The notes under the pieces were generated by a model that was not told where the DNA came from, made no database searches, and saw only the letters and a list, made by a program, of their open reading frames with translations. Positions 51,454-64,000 of a stretch of DNA of 64,000 bases are shown in pieces; position 1 is the first letter of the stretch; each line of letters opens with the position of its first letter. The position numbers were made by a program, and so were the translations under genes. Source of the DNA: the human T2T-CHM13v2.0 reference genome, Homo sapiens; assembly GCF_009914755.1 (NCBI RefSeq), contig NC_060938.1, one strand, 5' to 3'.

Positions 51454-51743
51454 TGTTTAATATTTTTGTTAATGATGACTTGACAAATTTTAATAACACT
51501 GTAAGGATAGTGGAGGGGTCGGGGAGGCACAGGTGCAGGCGGGAGGGTACCTGAGGAATTCCTACCTTGGACCAGAATACAAAACCATGGATCCTATACT
51601 GATATGAATATAAATTTGGAATAGTATCTCCAATTACTAATAATAAATAGGAAGAATTATATTAGATGACTGACATTTCAATTATGTTTCTACCAGAAAG
51701 TGCATTTTGGCCAAATATTAACATGAAACCAGAAGTCAATCAT

Positions 51744-52055
51744 GACCAGGCATGGTATCTCACGCCTGTAATCCCAACACTTTGGGAGGCTGAGGAGGGA
51801 GGACTGCTTAAGCCCAGGAGTTTGAGTCTAGCTTGGGTAACATGGTGAGACCCCATCTCTAAAAAAGAAAAAAATTAGACGGGTGTAGGGGCACATGCCT
51901 GTGGTCCCAGCTACTCAGGAGGCTGAAGCAGGCGGATGACTTGAGCCCAGGACGTCAAGGCTGCAGTGAGCCATGTTTGTGCCACTGCTGCACTCCAGCC
52001 TGGATGGCAGAGTGAAACCCTGTCTCAAAAACAAAAAACAAACAAACAAAAAAAC
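51744..52055 (+). mobile_element. AluJ
   Basis: Alu consensus match. Confidence 0.85.
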
Positions 52056-52652
52056 AAATTAAAAAGAAGGCAGTCATTATCCTTTCTGGCTGTCTTCCAG
52101 TTGCCTTCTTTCATGGTGCAGGCAGGATGCTGAGCCCTGTAAATCTCCCCACTGGGCCAACTGCTGCTGCCTGTAGGTGTGGGTGGTCTCCAACCATGAC
52201 TGGGCTTTACCCTGTCCAGCTCTCTCTACGTGTCTGCAGTCAGCTCCTGCTCCCAATCCCCACACCAGCTATATCTCATCTGCACTGTTGCCCTCAAGCC
52301 TCCTACTTCACCATCCCTCTGCCAATGACTTGCCTCCTGTTGCACACAGAAAACAGAAAATATCAGGATGAATGACTTCACATCTCTACCTACATACCAC
52401 ATACACACACCTACACACAAACCACACAATCAGACTTTCCTATGTTTAGACCTACCCTTATCCTTCCATCTCAGTGGCAAGAGGTGTTCTCTCCACCTGT
52501 TCTGTAGATTCTATCCCCGGCTTTCTCAGGAACCTTGTTTTCCTTTCTGTGCCCATATCTTCAGCCTCTACCTTGCTACTTGCTTTTTCTGATCAGAATA
52601 TGAATATTCTCAAGTCTCTTCCATCCTTAAAAAAATTGAGAAACTTTCTGCT

Positions 52653-52945
52653 GGTCAGGTGCAGTGGCTCATGCCTGTAATCCCAGTACTTTGGGAGGCC
52701 AAGGCAGGCAGATTGCTTGAGGTCAGGAGTTCCAGACCAGCCTGGGCAGCATGGTGAAACCCCACCTCTACAAATAATACAAAAATTAGCCAGGTATGCT
52801 GGTGTGCACCTATAGTCCCAGCTACTCAGGAGGTGGAGGCGAATCACTTGAGCCCAGGAGGTCGAGGCTGCAGTGAGCTGTGATTCGTGCCACTGCAGTC
52901 CTCCAGCCTGGGTGACAGAATGAGACTGTTTCAAAAAAAAAAAAA
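52653..52945 (+). mobile_element. AluJ
   Basis: Alu consensus match; tail expanded to GA/GAAA/CA repeats. Confidence 0.85.
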
Positions 52946-53051
52946 GAGAGAGAGAGAGAAAGAAAGAAAGAAAGAAAAGAAAGAAAGAAAAAGAAAGAAA
53001 GAAGGAAAGAAAGAAAAAAAGAAAAGAAAAAAGAAACACACACACACACAC
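52933..53051 (+). repeat. Compound A/(GA)n/(GAAA)n/(CA)n microsatellite
   Basis: Directly visible; derived from the Alu tail. Confidence 0.9.
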
Positions 53052-53199
53052 TTTTCTCCCTTCGCAGTGAAGCTTCTGGGAGATGGGATTTTGAAGAGGC
53101 CACAACACTCAGTATCTGAAATGAAGAGCAGAATCGATTGTTTGCTCAGACAAAATAGAGCTATACTTATAGGACAGAGTCTCTCTGGGCAAAGCAAAC

Positions 53200-55034
<1,835 letters not shown>

Positions 55035-55573
55035 TAACTGTTTTTTTATATCTGTATTCCAAGTACCACATGCCTAGTGACTTACAGAGGAGGTTCTTCT
55101 TAATCTTTGATAAATGAACTGGCCTTTTCAATTCATCAGGACCATTATATTTTATTTTATCAAGAGATAGGGTTTTGCTGTGTTGCCCAGGCTACACTTG
55201 AACTGCTGGGCTCAAGCAATCCTCCTACCTCAGCATCCCAGGTAGCTGGGACTACATGCATGTACCACCAAACACAGCCTCTAGATTCAACTACCAGTTT
55301 GCAAGAAGCATAGAAGACTGGAGACTATGTTACATGATACCATAGGGATGCAATCGGTAAAATCTAAATGGAGGAAATTCTCTATGAACAATCATATGCC
55401 TTAGACTATAAGGGAGAAAAGATAAATAGATAAAGAGCTTATACAGAGTCTTAAGAGAGATACCAGGCAATTTCAATGTATGGGAATTTTTTAGATCCTT
55501 ATTCAAAAAACAATTGTGACTCAGAAATATGAGTCATTTATGTTACATTTATGTTACATAAATTTTATATTAA

Positions 55574-56232
<659 letters not shown>

Positions 56233-56396
56233 TGTGCTTATCTTTTAAAGCATTCTTATATTTAGAAATGCATTCCAACATATTTACAGGTGAAATGATA
56301 TGTCTGGGATTTGTTTCAAAATAATCCGAGAGAAGGAAGTGAATTGGTATATAGATGAAATTGGATTGGCCGTGAGCTGATAATTATTGCAGCTGA

Positions 56397-57225
<829 letters not shown>

Positions 57226-57746
57226 AACAGTTTTTAAGTTCTTTCCTGGAGGTATCCCATAATGAATGTTCTTATAAATGAGGTATATTGATGATAGTTA
57301 TCTTGCTGAGGAACAGACGAAGAATTTCTAATTTCTGAAGACATCAGATCCCAAAGGCTTTAGAGTTTCTGAACAGCTACAATCCATAAAACCTCAGGAA
57401 GTGCCATAGACTGCAGAGGAGGAGGTAAAAAGGTATAAGCACAGGGAAAGGAAGTTAACATTTGCTGTTTAGGATTACTGAGAAAAACTCTTGCTCTCAT
57501 TGGCCTCTCTTACCTCCCAGGCAGCTTTTCTATTTCCGGAGCATCCCTACACAGTTATTTCTAACCCATGTAGCCCTGCCAACTATATTTTTACCCTAAG
57601 CTCAGGAACTACTTTTCATCAGTTTTATGCCAAAAGTTGATGTGTCACATATGAGTAAAAAAAAAAAAAATCTCTTATCTCCTCCTACTGGAGATAAGCC
57701 AAATTAGGGCAGAAGCCAAACCAGAAAAATTCAAACCAAATATTAA

Positions 57747-57911
<165 letters not shown>

Positions 57912-58399
57912 TGATTTTTAGAGAATTATCCTTAATCATCTTGAGAAAAAACAGTAGACAGAAAATTAAAATTTAACCCCGATAGTAATCAGAATAAAGA
58001 AAATGCAGTGGCAAAAGGAGACGTATTTCAAGGAAAAATAATTTTGTGAAAAGGAAAGGTGAAATAGTAGGAAATATTGGAAACAGAAACCCCAAATCAG
58101 AAGAGAGAAAAAAAAGAATTCTAAGATGATAAGTCTGACTTGAGTAAGCCTCCATCTTCCCATTCCAGAAGTCTGGGCCAAGTGTACTCCTTATCAGTAA
58201 GGGAAAGTATCACTAAGGAGGACCCGTGATGTTGTGTGGGATGGGGCAGGCAGGGTGTGGGGGCGGGGCAGAGATACCGTATTTTAGGTTAAGCCTGAGG
58301 TATTGGGTACTCAGGAGGTATTAGTTCTGGGATCAGTTTGGAATTTTAGATGTGCTCTAGAATGAACCGCGTATTGTTTATTTTGTTGTGCTATGTAGT

Positions 58400-59200
58400 C
58401 CAGACTCCAGAATGTATCCTTCCGGTATTATCACACAGTTTTGATTACCATAGCTGTATAAGAAGGACTAAAATGAGGTTAACTGATTTTTCTGCTTCAT
58501 TCTTTCTTTTCAAAATTGTTTTAGCTATTCTACTTCCTTTGCCTTTACTGTCTATAGCCTTCCAATTCATGAACCTGGACGATGGTGTTGAGTTCTTCTA
58601 TATGCTTGCTGATTTTCTGTCCAGTTATCTCAATTGTTGAGAGAGGAGTGTTGAGGTTTCCAACTGTAGTTGTAGATTTGGCTATTTCTCCTCCTGGTTC
58701 TGTCAGCTTTTGCTTTCACATATTTTGCAGCTCTGTTGTTTGGTACACACATTTAAGATTGCTATGTTTTCTTAGATTGACCCTGTTACCATTATATAAC
58801 GTCTTTTGTGTCTCTGGTAATTTTCTCTGCTCTGAAGTCTATTTTATTTAATATTAATATAGCCACTCCAGCTTTCCTTTCATTGTTTGCATGCTATATA
58901 ACTTTTTCCATCCCTCTACTTTCCACCAGTCTATTTGATTATATTTGAAGTGAGTTTTTTTTTAGATAGCATATAGTTGGGTCATGTTTTTTAATCCATT
59001 CTGCCAGCCTCTGTCTTTTAATTGGTATATGTAGACTTTTTATACCTCATACTGTTATTGATATGTTAGGGCTTATATTTGCCATTTATTTTTTCTTTTC
59101 TGTGTTTTGTCTCTGTTTTACTTTTCCTCCCTTCCTATGGACTATTGAACTTTTTTAGAATTCCGTTTTTATTTCTTTATAATGGCTTTTTAAAATCTAT
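58400..59200 (-). mobile_element. Old L1M internal fragments (ORF2 endonuclease region)
   Basis: gagagaggagtgttgaggtttccaactgtagttgtagatttg; attaatatagccactccagctttc; gatagcatatagttgggtcatg. Confidence 0.7.
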
Positions 59201-59211
59201 AGTGTTTTTTT

Positions 59212-59514
59212 CTGGGTGCAGTGGTTCACACCTGTAATTCCAGCACTTTGGGAGGCTGAGGTGGGTGGATCATTTGAGGTCAGGAATTCAAAACCAGCCT
59301 GGCCAACATGGTGAAAATCGGGCTTTACTAAAAATACAAAAAAAAATTAGCCAGGCATGGTGCCGTGCACCTGTAATCCAAGCTACTCAGGAGGCTGAGG
59401 CAGGAAAATTGCTTGAACCCGGGAGGCGGAAGTTGCAGTGAGCCGAGATCAGACTACTGCACTCCAGCCTGGCGGACAGCGAGATTCTGTCTCAAAAAAT
59501 AAATAAAATAAAAT
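59212..59514 (+). mobile_element. AluS
   Basis: TSD aaaatctatagtgttttt. Confidence 0.9.
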
Positions 59515-59595
59515 AAAATCTATAGTGTTTTTGAGTGTATCTTTTTGTATAGCATTTTTAGTGATCACTGCAGGTGTTTTGGAGGTTTTTCGGGT

Positions 59596-60588
59596 TTTTT
59601 TTTTTTTTTTTTTTTTTTTGGTGGGAGCTTTTCCAGATAGGGTTTCACTCTGTTGCGCAGGCTGGAGTGCAGTGGCACTATCATAGCTCACTGCAGCATT
59701 GATCTACTGGGCCCAAGGGATCCTCCCACTTCAGCCTCCAGAGTAGCTGGGACCACAGGCACACACCACCATCCCCAACTAATGTTTTTTATTTTTAGTA
59801 GAGACAAAATCTTGCTTTGTTTCCCAGGCTGGTCTCAAACTCCTGAACTCAAGCTGAGGCAGAAATTAAAGAAAGAAAGAAAAAATAAAATTAAAAAAGA
59901 GAAATAAACTTTCCTGTATTAGGCTGACTTGACCCAGAGGCAGCAACAGGCACAGGCCAGACCCAAGAAAAGTCTTGATAATACTATCTAATGTGCCCTG
60001 AAGACTCTCCCAGTACTCCCTCAACATAAGGAAGAGAAAAACAAATTTTCCTTTGTCTTATAGTATAAGTTTATAGATTCCTGTTCTCTGTAACTAGTAA
60101 CTTCAAGTATTCTGTTTTACCTAAACAGTACAGTGAAAGTCATGAGACATCTGAGCAGGCCTAAGCTATAGCCACCTAGGTGCCATAGTGAATGTCACAG
60201 AATAAGCCGTGCTAGGCACTAAGGCAAACCTAGATAACAGCCATCTAGATTGCATAGCAACAGTCATGTGTAATCCTGAGTTATGCACCTATCACAGTTT
60301 GATTAACTGTCTTTGTTCTGCCTCTGTATTCTTGCTTTCGCACCACCATAAGTTTGTTTCAGGCTAGCCCACCCCCTTTTTGAAGGGTATTTAACAGTCA
60401 AGTGCTGTCTTTGTTCTTAGCCCAGTTTTTTAGATGTTAAGTCTGCTAGGTCTGAGTGCACTCAATAAAGATCCTCCTGCTTTACCCCGAAGTCTGTCTA
60501 GTCCTCCTGATTTCTGCAACAAAGCGATCCATCCAACTTGACCTCCCAAAGTGCTAGGATTACAGGTATGAACTACCACACCCAGCCA
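59596..60588 (-). mobile_element. AluJ split by the solo LTR (59596-59854 and 60522-60588)
   Basis: Alu sequence resumes aagcgatccatccaacttgacctcccaaagtgctagg after the LTR. Confidence 0.85.
59855..60521 (+). mobile_element. Solo LTR, class I (ERV1-type) endogenous retrovirus; exact family not determined
   Basis: Starts TG (tgaggcag), ends CA (gcaaca); 4-bp TSD aagc at 59851-59854 and 60522-60525; AATAAA at 60464. Splits an AluJ exactly at ctc-aagc/gatcc. Confidence 0.88.
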
Positions 60589-61052
60589 ACTCTATTTGTT
60601 TTATACATACACAGACTCACACACATACACAGCATCATAATCTACTGATGTTATTTTACCAAGTTTTCTGAGTAAGACTGCCTCTTTCCTGGTCTTTGGC
60701 TAGAGAGAACAAGCCTTTGTTGGGTTTTTTTGTCTGCACACATTGGCATTTCTAGGTTGACAGCTTCTTCAGCTCCAATTCTGAGATCTATGTGGCAAAA
60801 AGAAAACCCAGGGAACTCACCACCATGTCAGTCCTTGTGTACTGAGGTCCCCAGCCAGTTTGCCATTTTTCCCTCTACCTTTCCAAGTCTTCTTATGTTT
60901 ATTTTATATATAATGTCCAAGGTTTTTAGTTGCACTTAGTGGGAGACATAGGGAGAAGTACATCTACTCCATTTTCCCTCCTGGTTTTACTTTTGATCTA
61001 ACATAGAATCTTAAGTTGAATTTTCTGTCTTTTTAAAAAAATTATTCCAAGT

Positions 61053-61350
61053 AGCCAGGCGCGGTGGCTCACGCCTGTAATCCCAGCACTTTGGGAGGCC
61101 GAGGCGGGCAGATCACGAGGTCAGGAGTTTGAGACCAGCCCGACCAACATGGCGAAACCCTGTCTCTACTGAAAATACAAAAATTAGCTGGGCGTTGTGG
61201 CGGGTGCCTGTAATCACAGCTACTCAGGAGATTGAGGCAGGAGAATCACTTGAACCCAGGAGGCGGAGGTTGCAGTGAGCCAAGATTGTGCCATTGCACT
61301 CCAGCCTGGGTAACAGAGCGAGACTCTGTCTCAAAAAAAAAACAAACAAA
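61053..61350 (+). mobile_element. AluS (Sg-like)
   Basis: TSD tattccaagta. Confidence 0.9.
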
Positions 61351-61779
61351 CTATTCCAAGTATACCTATGACACTGATTCAGACCACTGGATCCAGCCTT
61401 CGAATTTACCCGAGAGGAAGTGGGTTCATGGCTGGACTGTCATGGAGTTTCAGGCCAGGGCTTTTATGCTGCACACTCATCTTTTTCCCTGTGTCTTTCA
61501 ATTATTCTCCTTTGTTTTCATTGTTTTCAGAGAGCTGCTTCTAGTAGAGACTTCTCAGCCACAAGATGGTGCCCCAGAATAGTTCAAGATAGGCTTTTCT
61601 GCTCTTCTTTGGGCCCCAGTCTTTAATGTACTATTAGTAAACTCAAGGCCATTTATCTGAACCAGGATATAGCTATGAAGACACAACTGTATTATCTTAA
61701 GCCATGTTTTCCCAGTTGCCTGAAAACTTAAGCAATCAGTATCAGAAATAGTTTTTGTTTGAATTTTTTTTATAATTTT

Positions 61780-61915
61780 ATTATTATTATTATTATTTAG
61801 AGATGGGGTCTTGCTGTGTTGCCCAGGCTGGTCCCGAACTCCTGGCCTCAAGCAGTCCTCCTGCCTCAGCATCCCAAAGTGCTGGGATTACAGGCCTGAG
61901 CCACCAGACCCAGCC
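61780..61915 (-). mobile_element. FLAM-like monomer
   Basis: Single left arm, (TTA)n tail. Confidence 0.8.
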
Positions 61916-62031
61916 TATGTCTTTTGAGCTATTTGAATCCATGAATCAAAGTTTACTAGTGTAGATGTTTGCCTTTTATTACTAGCCCAACTTTTAAAAT
62001 AGCTTATAAGATTATGTTTAAAAATACATAG

Positions 62032-62750
<719 letters not shown>

Positions 62751-63008
62751 AAAAATACATAGGACAGAAAGACTGGTAAATAGACATTAACAATCTTTGG
62801 GTAGTGAGCTGTGAGTCATTTGTTCTTTCATTTTTCAAGTTTTCAAATATGAGCTACTTTATGATGGATGAAAATGGATGTTGGGCATATTCTTCAGCTA
62901 ATCAGAAAATATTTATTAACGAAAAAATATATTTATGACCCATCCAATGTGTGTAGAGCCAGCATATATGTTTTCTTAGTCTTGATAGTTACATAAGAAA
63001 ATATTGGG

Positions 63009-63347
<339 letters not shown>

Positions 63348-63514
63348 TTAAAATCCTGCAGCTGTGATACCTACCATGTGCCTTACACATAGAGAGGTCT
63401 AGGAAATAACTGCTTGAGCACAGAAACCATTATTCCTAGCTTTGAAGGAAAGAACTATATTTTACTAGTTGTAAATCTTTGAGTTTGGTGTCCTCAAGGT
63501 AATTACCTGCTTGA

Positions 63515-64000
<486 letters not shown>

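Overview
Primate (most likely human) intronic DNA, AT-rich between repeats and very Alu-dense (about 60 Alu/FLAM/FRAM segments). It also holds old L1, L2 and MIR fragments, a near full-length Tigger1, MER33/MER2/MER96-type DNA transposons, an MLT1 fragment and a solo ERV1-class LTR inserted into an AluJ. I found no convincing intact protein-coding exon; nearly all listed ORFs are Alu/L1 read-throughs. Four pseudogenes are recognisable from their translations: MRPL57 (minus, ~18.4-18.95 kb), the PRD-like homeobox gene DPRX (plus, ~21.7-22.4 kb), RPL7A (minus, 5'-truncated, 34.7-35.2 kb) and RPL9 (plus, full-length, 62.0-62.75 kb). From memory, not verified, this combination matches MRPL57P8/DPRXP3/RPL7AP3/RPL9P3 inside a large intron of PRORP (KIAA0391) at 14q13.2. 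I cannot support a new multi-gene biological system. The most unusual signals are mutational footprints: a perfect 52-bp inverted copy with nested hairpins, an adjacent inverted Alu pair sharing private variants, two further local duplications, a twin-primed L1, and an RPL9 retrocopy that lost its ATG but gained an in-frame upstream ATG. Repeat family names and many boundaries are by eye and approximate.
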